DNA of 64,000 nt from Octopus sinensis (GCF_006345805.1 NC_042998.1:62434001-62498000); one strand, 5' to 3'. Positions 36,448 to 49,232 are shown, counted from the stretch's first letter. Made by a program: numbers and translations. The notes: generated by a model from the letters alone, not told the origin.

Positions 36448-38639
36448 ATTTCCGATCTGAAATATCAATATTTTAAAATATAAGTTTAAAATAATAAAAT
36501 TATCAATTAAAACATATAAATATATATAATCTATATATAATCTATATATAATCAATATATAATCTAAAATAAACCCTATAAACAATTGAATATAAAGAAA
36601 CCTATTATTAAAGTTCTCATATTTAAAGATGTACAAAAACAAAAAAACAAAAAACAAAAAAAACAAAAAAACAAAAAAAACAAAATAAAAATAAACTATA
36701 TATTCACACATGCTCATACACATATAACTAAGTATATATAACCATATCTAAATACATACACTACCTCACACACCTATATATATATATCTCTATACATACA
36801 CATAAAAACGTCTAGGCAACGATAAATTAATAAAATAGCCAAATACCTCAACACATTACTTATTCATACTCCCTCACACACACATACAACCCACATTCTT
36901 AAACAATATACATATACCCGCTCACACATACATATACATACATACAGAACTCGATATATACACCAATATATTCACACGCACACCCATACAGATAAATAAA
37001 TTACGCAAACAATCGCACACACACACACATTCACACATACATAAACACTCAAAAGAAAAATAAACAATTCTTTGCGCGTGGTGATCGAACGTTTTTTTAA
37101 AAATTATGAATGGAATAGAATGGAATAATATTTAATCAACGTAAATATACAGAATTTACTCCAAAATCATTAATAAACCAATCATGATAATGAAACCCAT
37201 ATATACATATAATGATAAAACTCCCTTTACCATACACAATAATACCTATATAGCAATCCCCATTTGTAGTAATTTCTGTCTGTTTAAGTGTTTAACATAT
37301 TATTCCATTTATTCTATTCATAATTTTTAAATAACGTTCGTTCACCACGCGCAAAGAATTTTATAATTCCATTCTATTCCATTCATAATTTTAAATAACG
37401 TTCGTTCACCGAGCTAAGAATTTTTATAAATATGTTCGGTTTCTATGGTAACGTAATTTTGTTTAAAGTTATAACGGCTAGAGTTTGAATTCACTTCATA
37501 AATTAAAACTGATTAGAAGGTATGTATTTTTTCTCCTTATGTTAATCTTGTTACTTCTGATAATCTGGTTACTTATGGAGTATTTTATATATCGTATTAT
37601 GTGTAGAAATGTTGTTTTCTTTTGAGTGTTATGTATGTGTGAATGTGTGTGTGTGTGTGCGTATTTGGTTGTGGTAATTATTTATCTGTATGGGTGTGGG
37701 TGTGAATATATTGTTGTATATATCGAGTTTAGTACGTATGTATAGTATATGTGTGAGGGGGGGTATATGTATATGTTGTGGGTGTGTGTTTTACGTATGT
37801 GTATTTTTGTGTGTGAATGTATTATGGGGATTGCTATATAGGTATTATTGTGTATGGTAAAGGGAGTTTTATCATTATATGTATATGGGTTTCATTATCA
37901 TGATTGGTTTATTAATGATTTTGGAGTAAATTCTGTATATTTACGTTGATTAAATATTATTCCATTCTATTCCATTCATAATTTTTAAAAAAACGTTCGA
38001 TCACACGCGCAAAGAATTGTTTATTTTTCTTTTGAGTGTTTTGTTGAGTGTGAATGTGTGTGTGTGTGTGATTGTTTGCGTAATTATTTATCTGTATGGG
38101 TGTGTCGTGTGAATATATTGGTGTATATATCGAGTTCTGTATGTATGTATATGTATGTGTGAGCGGGTATATGTATATTGTTTAAGAATGTGGGTTGTAT
38201 GTGTGTGTGAGGGAGTATGAATAAGTAATGTGTTGAGGTATTTGGCTATTTTATTAATTTATCGTTGCCTAGACGTTTTTATGTGTATGTATAGAGATAT
38301 ATATATATAGGTGTGTGAGGTAGTGTATGTATTTAGATATGGTTATATATACTTAGTTATATGTGTATGAGCATGTGTGAATATATAGTTTATTTTTATT
38401 TTTTATTTATTTATTTTTTTTTATTGTTTTTTGTTTTTTGTTTTTTGTACATCTTTAAATATGAGAACTTTAATAATAGGTTTCTTTATATTCAATTGTT
38501 TATAGGTTTATTTTAGATTATATATTGATTATATATAGATTTATATAGATATATATAGATTATATATTTATATTTTTTCATTGATAATTTTATTATTTTA
38601 AACTTATATTTTAAAATATTGATATTTTAGATCGGAAAT

Positions 38640-38683
38640 CCACCTGACGAATGTCATTTGAAGACATGAAACGATTGTAGTGG
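38640..38683 (+). ncRNA. Minimal type I hammerhead ribozyme (right arm)
   Basis: CCAC-CUGACGA-AUGUC(AUUUGAA)GACAU-GAAAC-GAUU-GUA-GUGG. Confidence 0.75.
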
Positions 38684-38884
38684 CGGATTATTTATTTTAT
38701 ATTAAAAATTTTTATGTATTGATTAAGTCTTTCCTTGTTTGTTTTGCAAAATAGTGGTTTTGTCTCGAATTAATATTATATAATATTTTACTATAAAATT
38801 GGATTTAATCCTAAATCTGATTTTTTCCCTGTAAATTTGGATTTATTCCCTAATATTATATATATATATATATATAATATATAA

Positions 38885-40070
38885 ACTAGCATTAAAGACC
38901 CGTCGTTGCCGGGTCATAGTGCTAGTGCATGTATATATGTGTATATATATGTGTACATATTACATGTACATCTATATATATACATCTACACATAAAATAC
39001 AAAATGCAAAGTTATATCTTCATATCGCTAGTGATAATAATACTCAAAATATATAACAGTCTGGAATTGTTAGCACGTCTCTTGTAATTTCGATCAATTG
39101 TATCTTGTCCTCCCTCTTGTATAGAAGTGTGGCTACAATCCAGCCTACCTCTACTTCTGGTGGGAGGGGGGCATTAAAATTTTTTATCCGGGACGTCCTA
39201 CGTCCCAGATATAAAGGTAAAAATAAAATATTTCCACTTTGCAAGTTCGAGTCGAGTACTCCCTTGCACGCTCCGTTGATTCGAACCTTGCTTCTAGTGT
39301 GGCGAATTTACCGCCTCTGATTAGATATCTTTCATAGTCGCACCAAGACACTTTTCGAAGGTGCTTTCCTCCATGTGTTCAAATCTTCTTTTTTCTCTAC
39401 ATTGTATACTTTATAGACAATAGTCTTTTCTTTAATTTAATTTTTTATTATCCATCTGGACTATTCCATTTCTCCACGCTAATTTTATTTTTAATTTATT
39501 CCCATTCATGTGAAACCACTTATTCAAGTTCAAGTCATTGATGCAATTTTAAACCAATTGCTATTTTTACTTTTTTATGTTACGATTATATTTAAACTTT
39601 AGTTTGATTTTAATTATTACTTGCTACATATAATTCAATTGTTATTATTATTTTTATTGTAAAGTGAAAGTATCTGACATAAAATAGAGAAATGTTTTTG
39701 TTTCACTTTTAACACGTAATACTGAAATAGTGGAGAAGATATGATATTGCTATGGGCTCGCTCTAGGCAAGAAGTTGAACATTATTTTTGCCCATGAAAC
39801 TACATGGACACTAAGTAAGGCATGTGTAAAATTTGAATGGTATTGGTTGTGTAGTTCTCAAGTTTTAGGGAATCGTAGTGGAGAAGATATGATATTGCTG
39901 TAGGCTCGCTCTAGGCAAAAAGTTAAAAATCTTTTTTGCCGATGACACTCCCCGGACCTTAAGTAAGGCATGTGTAAAATTCGAATGAAATTGGTTGTGT
40001 AGTTCTCAAGTTTTAGGGAAACACACAGATAGACAGACAGACACACATTCAGTTTTATATATATATAAAG

Positions 40071-40072
<2 letters not shown>
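38885..40072 (+). mobile_element. Helitron/Helentron-like non-autonomous element
   Basis: 5' ACTAGC plus hairpin GACCCG(7)CGGGTC (38897-38915); 148-bp tandem units at 39728-39875 and 39876-40020; 3' (GACA)n then TTTTATATATATATAAAGAT, an architecture like insect Lep1/DINE-type elements. Confidence 0.55.
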
Positions 40073-40116
<44 letters not shown>

Positions 40117-40137
40117 ACATGTATACATATATATATG

Positions 40138-40198
<61 letters not shown>

Positions 40199-40200
40199 CG

Positions 40201-40521
40201 GGGCATTCCGTCGGTTACGACGACGAGGGTCCCAGCTGATACGATCAACGGAACAGCGTGCTCGTGAAATTAACGTGCAAGTGGCTGAGCACTCCACAGA
40301 CACGTGTATCTTTAACGTAGTTTTCAGGGTGATTCAGCTTGACACAGAGCCTGGCAAGGCTGGCCCTTTGAAATACAGGTACAACTCATTTTTGCTAGCT
40401 GAGTGGACTGGAGCAATGTGAAATAAAGCGTCTTGCTCAAGGACACAACGCGTTGCCTGGAATTGAACTTATGACCTTATGATCGTGAGTAGAATACCTT
40501 AACCACTAAGCCATGCGCCTT
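40201..40521 (-). mobile_element. SINE family D head plus C-type tail
   Basis: Minus head GGCGCATGGCTTAGTGGTTAAGG; tail ...CCCTCGTCGTCGTAACCGACGGAATGCC as in 53482-53851. Confidence 0.8.
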
Positions 40522-40601
40522 CACACACATACACATACACACACACACATATGTATAATGTATATACATATATATATAATGTATGCATACAAATGTATAT
40601 G

Positions 40602-40637
<36 letters not shown>

Positions 40638-41559
40638 TGTATTTATGTAGGTATATTTGTATGTATGTATGTATATACACTCGCACTTTTTGTTCAAGTG
40701 ATGTTGTCAATGAAAGGAAAATTATAAATTTCTTCAAAAGATTTTTTTTTATAGAACTGTGTGAAAGATATTGTTATAATCGTTAACCAGACAGAAACAA
40801 ATTTAATATCTTCAACAAAAGAAGCAGCAGTAGCAGCAGCAGCAGCAGAACAGCTACATGTAAAGTATAAACAGCAAGTACAAGCCACTTTAAGGTGAGA
40901 TTGTAGGAATGTGAACAACTAATAGAGTAACTGTCATCCCAGACGTTGATTACGCTTTGCACACCTCAGCGAATTTACTATTTGCTTTTCTAATATAAGA
41001 ACGATCGTTCGTAAGTGGGCTATGAACAAGTTTTGCGTCAGTTACTGAGGAGGCTTAGCAATGTGGAAACACGTGTTTACAACCGATGTCGCCACATATA
41101 ACCAAGTGCAGTGTATTTTTGTTATCGCTGTTGCAACAGTTTGTTGTTTCTATTATTTCTGCTACGCGGCGGTCGTTCATATTGTTGGTCAGCCTCATGT
41201 AAGTCTTGCTAGAGAATACCTATGAGCGGAAGCGTTCCATCCGTGACCATCCAACTTTTATAGTAGTAATATATTGTCGACAAGAACACTTTCCGCGGCG
41301 GACATCTTTCTACGTTTGAGTGTACAGTTGTATTTCAGTCACGTTTTGTTTGCGGACGATTTTCAACACTTCTCAAAGAACGAAAACTAGATTGATTATT
41401 CATATAAAAGTATTTATTCCTTGATGCAGTAAAATACACACACACACACACAGACAGACAGACAGACAGACACACAAACACACACAAAATGGAATTCAAA
41501 ATAAAGTATGGTGTACTTATAAAAAGAAGAAAGATGATGTCATAGAGCGAGGTAATGTT

Positions 41560-41830
41560 ACTTGGCGGGGAAAATAATTAAGGCCATTGAGAAGAATGGA
41601 ATACAAGTCTATAGGAATATTGCCATAAGTCTACAAGATCAAGGAGATTGAAATGAAGGAATTATTTGGAAGAAGATATCAGAGGAGATTTAAATTAGTG
41701 TTAAAGACTAAATTAAATTGAAGAAACATGATATTAGCAATAAACACTTGGGTGGTATAAGTAATGAGATATGAAATACGAGATATTAGACATGGGTATT
41801 AAAATGCGATATGAAGACCAGAGGCTAGAA
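41560..41830 (+). pseudogene. R4/Dong-like (RLE) non-LTR retrotransposon fragment, end of RT domain
   Basis: KIKEIEMKELFGRRYQRRFKLVLKTKLN*RNMILAINTWVV*VMRYE in one frame, preceded by a YK(Y)IGIL-like segment. Confidence 0.6.
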
Positions 41831-41965
41831 AGATGGACACGGAAACACACACACAAACGCACACACACATTTACGTACATATATAATATACACACATGTA
41901 TATGTATAAATCAGTACACACATAGATACATATAATATATAATATACAATATATATATATATATG

Positions 41966-42340
41966 CAAGCGCTGGCGTGGTCGTGATAAGAAGTTTGCTT
42001 CCAAAGAACATGGTTCCGGATTCAGTTCCATTTCGTGGCACTCTGGTCAGGTGTCTTCTACTATAGCCTCCTGCCGACCAACGTCATGTGAATGGTTTTG
42101 GCAGACGGAAACTGAAAGAAGCATGTCGTATATACATCCATGTGTGTGTCTTTGTGTTTCTGTTTGTCCCCGCCTCACCACTTGACAATCTTCGTAACGC
42201 AGCGGTTCGGCAAAAGAGAACCGATAGAATCTGTAGCATGTTTTTAAAAAGTTCAGGGGTCCATATATTCAACTATGATAAAATTTCTTCAAGGCGGTGT
42301 CTCAGCATAGTCACAGTCCCAATGACTGAAATAAGTAAAG
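41966..42340 (+). mobile_element. SINE family A, diverged
   Basis: Head, GGCAGACGGAAACTGAAAGAAGC core and tail. Confidence 0.75.
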
Positions 42341-42344
42341 GATG

Positions 42345-43210
42345 AAGGATACGCACGCACATTACGCCCACGCAACTCCAACCCCCCCACACGCATACAC
42401 AAATTCACATACACACCGATACATATACATACACACAATATATGCCTACACGCGCACACACACATACACATACGTATACACATCCAGGCACAGACACACA
42501 CACACATACGCACGCAAAAACATGCGCACACATACGCACGCACACACGCACACCAATGCACACACCCAAAACTCACAACCCCACGGATACACGCATATAC
42601 ATCCATATACGCTTACACACACACATACAAACGCACACATACACGCACACACAACTACATGCACATACGACACGCACGCATATACATACACACACACAAA
42701 CACACACAAATGAACCCACATATACATCCCATACACACGGCACACAATTATACATACACGCACACAATTATACATACATATATATACACACATACGCACG
42801 TACAAGCACACACGCACACATACACTAAGTAAAGCACAGTTATTCGCCATACACCCAAACTCTACGCATACACACACGAACACACACACACACACTACAA
42901 ACAAAACACACACACGATACATATACATACACGTACACACACATACTTCATTGTACTGACCTGTGGCAGAGACAAAAACACCACTCCTTATTCTTACAAA
43001 CTAGCCAGCTACTAGCCTGTCGTTTACAGCTACAACCACACACACGTACACACACACACGCACACACACACACACGTGTCATCATTGCACACATACACAC
43101 ACACACACGTGTCATCATTGCACACATACACACACACACACGCACACGCAGACCTCCGCGCACGCACACAACCACACTTACACACACATTCCCCCTCCTA
43201 CATTCGCTTG
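42345..43210. repeat. Degenerate (CA)-rich low-complexity tract
   Basis: Direct reading. Confidence 0.85.
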
Positions 43211-43214
43211 TCTT

Positions 43215-43505
43215 TGACCATTCTACTCTTCTGTCTTTGAAAACACTTCTGTCTTTGAAAACATCTTTCTTCACCCTTTCTCCTTCCGGTCTTTCAAAAT
43301 GTGACCTCGTGTGTACCGTCGGCGATTTTTTTCCTCTGTCTTCCCTTCTCTGGATCTTTCCTTCTCCTATGTTTCCGACGAAGAGCTCCGCTCGAAACGT
43401 TAAACCCTCCTTCTTCTCTTCTTTCCTGAGCGTCCAATAATACTATATTTGTTCCATGTCCTCGCGTTGTTGTGCTTTTTTTTGTGTTTTCTTGTTTGGA
43501 TTAAC
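43215..43505 (+). mobile_element. Short PLE-derived repeat (related to 690-870 and 51625-51790)
   Basis: GCTCGAAACGTTAAAC...CCTGAGCGTCCAATAATAC; ends in (TA)n. Confidence 0.55.
43371..43405 (+). ncRNA. Atypical minimal hammerhead-like motif
   Basis: GUUU-CCGACGA-A-GAGC(UCC)GCUC-GAAAC-GUU-AAAC; stem I covaries relative to the 785-820 copy. Confidence 0.45.
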
Positions 43506-43510
43506 TATAT

Positions 43511-43543
<33 letters not shown>

Positions 43544-43560
43544 CATACATACATACATAT

Positions 43561-43614
<54 letters not shown>

Positions 43615-43767
43615 TAATGCGTTGGCTGAAAAAAAACAATATATATATAGACTAAAAATAGACTTTCAAAAAGATGAAGGTGACTTCGAAGCTTGTACAT
43701 ACATGCATACATGCATGCATACATACATACATGCATACATGCATACATACATACATACATACATACA

Positions 43768-43803
<36 letters not shown>

Positions 43804-43876
43804 TATATATGTATATAAACATATATGTGTAAATATACATATACATATAAAGCTTTTCATTATATGCATACGCAAG

Positions 43877-43928
<52 letters not shown>

Positions 43929-43971
43929 TAACTATATATATATATATATACACGCGCGCATACATACACAA

Positions 43972-44016
<45 letters not shown>

Positions 44017-44019
<3 letters not shown>

Positions 44020-44290
44020 TGGGCACTTGAGAAGTGACATTCATAGGTTTTTATCTACCGATGAAAAATGGAAGAAGAGGTTTGATAAGTTGTGAAGACA
44101 ATGCAAGAAGTAAAGCGAACAATCTGGAATAGTCTGTAGCTAATAATTTAGAATTATTGTTGGTTGTTGTAAAAGTCTCTGGTGTGACGGAGATTGCGGA
44201 CTGCATTGATAAAAATGAATATAAGAGAACTAGAATAGAGAGAAGCGAGACACGATTGAGTGGAAAAACAATATATGGACAGTTTGTTAG
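44017..44290 (+). pseudogene. R4/Dong-like fragment, continuation of 41560-41830
   Basis: [10 protein letters not shown] / [16 protein letters not shown]...SGKTIYGQFVRDK. Confidence 0.6.
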
Positions 44291-44607
44291 AGATAAGCTA
44301 GAATAATGGTGTGGATAAGCATGTAAGGATATTAGCACTATATTGCAGAAAATAAAGAAGCCTCTTAGTTGTTACTCGATCTGCGAGAAATAGTAGATAA
44401 TAGCAGAAATATCTTTCGAATCATACCCTATCATCTTAATGATATGACATGTATAAGGTATACTTTGTCAGGACTGTCCTGGAGATGACCGTTGTATAAT
44501 AAGAATATTGGAAATAACAGGAAATAACAAAGGTAACCAAAGAAGGATATAACTAACAATAACCACTGCAACAACGAGAAGCACAATCACTACAATGATA
44601 ATAATCC

Positions 44608-44920
44608 TTTCTACAATAGGCACAAAGCCTGAAATTTGGCGGGAGGGGGCCAGTTGATTAGATAAACCCCAGTATGTAACTGGTACTTAATTTATCGACC
44701 CTCGAAAGGACGAAAGGTAAAGTCGACCTCGGTGGAATTTGAACTCAGAGTGTAGCGACGAGCGAAATACTGGTAAGCATTTCGACCAGCGTGCTAACGA
44801 TTCTGCCAGCTCACCACCTTACCACAATAATTATAATCTGGGAACAAGGCCCGAAATTTTGGGGGAGAGGAGCCAGTTGATTAGACCGACCCCAGTACAT
44901 AACAAGTACTTAATTTATAA
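44608..44920 (-). mobile_element. SINE family B (one full plus one partial)
   Basis: Reverse complement of the B consensus at 44608-44820 and 44840-44920. Confidence 0.75.
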
Positions 44921-45009
44921 TTCTTTCGCGGTCCAGCGAAACACTGGAGTCGATGTGATCGACTAGTCCCCTCCCCACAAATTTGAGGTCTTGTGCCTCC
45001 AGTAGAAAG

Positions 45010-45080
<71 letters not shown>

Positions 45081-45094
45081 CATTATTATTATGA

Positions 45095-45482
45095 AGGTCG
45101 CGAGCTGGCAGAATCATTAGCACGCTGGACGAAATGCTTAGCGGTATTTCGCCTGTCTTTACGTTGTGAGTTCAAATTCCGCCGAGGTTGACTTTGCCTT
45201 TCATCCTTTCGGAGTCGAAAAACAAAGTACCAGTTACACACTGGGGTCGATGTAATCGACTTAATCCGTGTGTCTGTCCTTGTTTGTCCCCTCTCTGTTT
45301 AGCCCCTTATGGGTAGTAAAGAAATAGGTATTTCGTCTGTCTTTATGTTCTGAGTTCAAATTCCGCCGAGGTCGACTTTGCCTTTCATCCTTTCGGGGTC
45401 GATAAATTAAGTACCAGTTGCGTTCTGGGAGCGATCTAATCAACTGCCCCCTCCCACCAAATTTGAGGCTTTGTACCTATAA
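45095..45482 (+). mobile_element. SINE family B dimer, preceded by (ATT)n
   Basis: Two GAGTTCAAATTCCGCCGAGG units. Confidence 0.85.
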
Positions 45483-46009
45483 TACTAACGACAAAACGAA
45501 CCACATCAACAGCAGACGCCTTTATCAACATTTGAAAGAAATTAATTTTCTTCTTCTCGACCAGGAAAGCCCAAAGTTATGAAATATATCGCATTAAGTT
45601 GTCTTTCTCACTCTCAGCATCTCTCTCTTTCTCCTCGTCGCTCCTTCATTTTCTGTCTCTTTTTGTCTCCTTGTTTTCCTCTCTCACTCTCACTATCTCT
45701 GTCTCTCTCATTTTCTGGCATTTTGAAATAATGATTGGAAAATATACTACAAGAAGTATAACAACAAATGTAACACATACCCATACATACGTAACATACA
45801 CTCATTACTGAATTTGATAGTAAATTCGGAGTTTACACACACGCACACACATATACACACACACACACACACACTCAAACACACACAAAAGATACACAAA
45901 CACACATACACAAGCGCGCACACAAAAACACAAACACACACATGCACACAAGCACAAACACACATATACACACACACACCAAATATTCGCCAAATAATTT
46001 GTAAATTCT

Positions 46010-47615
46010 AGTGGACGTATCTCGCTAGAAAAAGTGGAGCGTACCTAACTGGAGTACTTCAAGAAGAACCCAGTCTATTGGATTACCTGTTGTAGTATTA
46101 TACAAAGGATTCCCTGTCTGTTCTATTTGTGAGGTTTTCTTTTAATTTTTCCCTTCTTCCATTTTTTCTTTCTTTTTAAATTTTGGTTCATTCTTTTTAT
46201 TATTTTAATTTCAGTTTCCTTTCCTTCTCTTTTATTGTGTTTTACTTCTATTTTTATTCGGTTTTTATCTTTTGGCGGACTGTTTTTTGAACTACTTTTG
46301 AACTGTTTTTTTGGACATGGCAGAGAAGGAACTTAAAAAGGAGAAGTCTGTCTTGGAGTGGGAAATTAACCCGCCTAAGCAGTGGTTAAACGATATGGAG
46401 GAGAGGACGGTGGTGGTTAGAACTTATTCTAACGTTCTTGATTCCATCACCGTCTTCCCAAAACCAGTTATAGAAAATGAACTGAAAGACTATTTGTCCT
46501 CTGTGAAATACATATCCCATGGTGTCAAACATGCAACCGTATGGTTGCTGTTTGACAACCGAGAAAAGACTCGCACATTTGCGAGTCAGCTTTTAGAGGG
46601 CAAAGAAATTCTGTTCCTCCCGTCGTACTGCAGGAGGAAATTAATAAGAGCCTGGGTATGTGGGTTGCCCCCAGGCACCGAGGCGGGTTGGATTTAAGAT
46701 ACCATCCGACGGGGATTGGGGGATAGCGGGCCCAGACTCTTAAATGTAAGGGTATTGCCGGCGGTCGATTGGGAAGGGTCAAAAGCGATTTTGACCCTGT
46801 GGACTCCATCGGCCGCAACAGATCTGGTTTTCCCAGATTTTTTAAACATGGCTGGCTTCAGGTATCCGTTGATACTTGAGGACGTCCCCCAAGTGTCACT
46901 CGTGCCTGCAGCCAGGCCACATTAAAAAGAACTGCCCCCAGCACCATGGTATGGTCATGGAACAGTCATTGGATGCCACCTCCCCTACCTGGTAAAAGGG
47001 AGAGGTGGATGTGGTTGAGGAGACGTCAGCCTCCTCAACCCAAAAAGGATTAAAAAGGTAGAAGGCGGGCAACAATAGCTGCCCGCCGAAGGACCTAAGG
47101 ACCCTAAGGCTTCGGAAGGTGGGGGAGAGACTCCGGACAAAGCCGAACAGCTCCACTCTCCCTAAGTCAGTAAGAAAGAAAAAAAAAGAAAGAAGAAGAA
47201 CGGGTCATCGCAGGAGGAGATGATGTGCCGTCTGCATGTCCCGAAGTTGTGTCACCCACGGTGGAAGAAACAACTCCCACCCTTAAAGATGATGAATTAA
47301 TTATCTTTTTCTACAAGGGCGGGGAGGTGGAAAAAATAGTAGAAGAACATAAAGAGACAGTAGATATGCCCTTCACACATGTGTTTTTTTTAAAAAAACA
47401 TGTTAAGTAAGAGGTTTTAGTGCCTCCTTGTTGTAAGAGGTTTGAAACCTCATATTGATTTTTTAAAAAAGAAAATATGTTTTTCGAGAAAAATCCAATC
47501 GGCGGGTGTTGGGTTTCGTCTCTCATCTATTCATTTTCATTCATTAATATGTTTGTCCAGCCCGCAAAGCTACCCAGTCTCTGAACTGTCTATATGACAA
47601 ATTTTATGAAATAAA
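46010..47615 (+). mobile_element. ORF1-only L1/Tx1-like retro-element
   Basis: T-rich leader 46130-46310, disrupted ORF1, K-rich linker, AATAAA at 47610-47615; no APE/RT ORF2 recognised; boundaries approximate. Confidence 0.6.
46311..46940 (+). pseudogene. Gag-like ORF1 (RRM-like region plus CCHC zinc knuckle)
   Basis: ORFs 46311-46697 and 46716-46925 are in the same frame, separated by one TAA; after a frameshift, CHSCLQPGHIKKNC (C-x2-C-x4-H-x4-C) at 46894-46935. Confidence 0.75.
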
Positions 47616-47998
47616 GTAGCTTGCTTACCGATCACATTGTTCCGGATTCATTCCCACTGCGTGGCACCTAGGGCAAGCGTCTTCTAATATAGCCTCAGGT
47701 TGACCAAACCTTGTGAGTGGATTTGGTAGACGGAAACTGAAAGAAGCCTGTTGTATATATGTATATACATATATATAAATGTATGTGTGCGTATATGTTT
47801 GTGTCTGTGTTTGTCCCCCCAACATCGCTTGACAACCGATGGTTGTGTGTCTCCGTCCCCGTAACTTAGCGGTTCGGCAAAAGACAGATCGAATAAGTAC
47901 TAGACTTACAAAGAATAAGTCCTGGGGTCGATTTGCTCGACTAAAGGCGATGGTCCAGCATGGCCGCAGTCAAATGACTGAAACAAGTAAAAGAGAGT
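47614..47998 (+). mobile_element. SINE family A lacking the first ~20 nt
   Basis: Starts AAGTAGCTTGCTTACC directly at the AATAAA of the upstream element. Confidence 0.8.
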
Positions 47999-48916
47999 AA
48001 TACACACACACACACACACACCACACACACACACACCACACACATATAGATATACAGCAGCAACCAATGGCCTTCAAAATAATTCTTTCAGTTTAAACGA
48101 TATAACATAATTATAGCACATTGAATGAAACGATGGACATAAAACGGATACGTCTTCATGAGAGCCACTCAACGTGGCGACATTCACACGAAGATAAAGT
48201 AATATTTGTCATAGAAGCATTTCAATAAAATGGCGAGAAAATGCAAATCCATTGGGACTTTATCGATTTTTACTAGACATAAGAATTCCACAACGAAGAC
48301 TTGCAAAACTTCTGCATAATGTTATACAAACACAATCCCGCAAAAATCCCCTAGGCAATATAAACTGTAGGAAAAAAATAAACAAATAAAAGAAGAGTAA
48401 TAGAAGGAAGAGAAGAGGAAGGAGTCTAAATCTATTGAGGATGATATCTATAATGGTATTTATAATTATTTAGCAATTCGAGGAGAATGTACCGGAAAAG
48501 AAGGCCACGTCTCTGAACACTTATTGTAATTTACAATAAACTCCATTTATTATACGATTATAAATGAGTATGAATGAATTAACTATCAACATCAATAATA
48601 TTTCATGCTGTTTTCATATATCATTTTAGTTTTATTTCAATATAATGCTATTTTTTGTTGTTGTTGTTAAATGTCCATTATATTGCGTTATGAGTGCAAA
48701 AAAGAAAAATTGCTATCGTTTTTACCTAAACACACATACACACGCACGCACACACTCACACAAGCCGGTCGCGCGCGCGCGCGAACACACACACAAACAG
48801 ATGCACACATGTATATCTAAACATTGATAGATAATCAATGATTATGAAAATCATAAACCATTTCTTGGTGAGACATGTGATCACCAAAGTTCAAGTAATA
48901 GGAATATATATTATCC

Positions 48917-48967
<51 letters not shown>

Positions 48968-49232
48968 ACACACATATATATATATATATGTGTGTGTATA
49001 TGTATATATATATACACATATACATATACATATACACACATATATATATACATATACATATATATATTACTACTACTAATAATAATATGACAACAAAAGA
49101 ATGAATGAGACCTCGATATTATGTAAATAGAGGAATTTTTCTATAAATATATAACAAAAGACAATAAGTTAGTTGTCATAATATTAATCAGAGTTTCAGA
49201 TGCCGGGGCTAAAAGGCATCCTATATGTATAT

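Larger units (their letters stand above)
36311..38779. repeat. About 2.47-kb imperfect palindrome; arms about 950 bp (36311-37263 / 37826-38779), spacer with partial direct copies
   Basis: AATATTAATTCGAGACAAAACC.. and ..GGTTTTGTCTCGAATTAATATT are complementary termini; arms are colinear with small indels. Confidence 0.9.

Noticed and set aside
41041-41083. CUGAGGA...GAAACACGUGUU hammerhead-like string
   Set aside because: Stem II and stem I barely pair; too decayed to support.
49190-49222. Minus strand GAUGCC...GGCAUCU-GAAAC hairpin
   Set aside because: Only the 3' half of a possible HHR; the CUGANGA side is replaced by TA sequence and a SINE.
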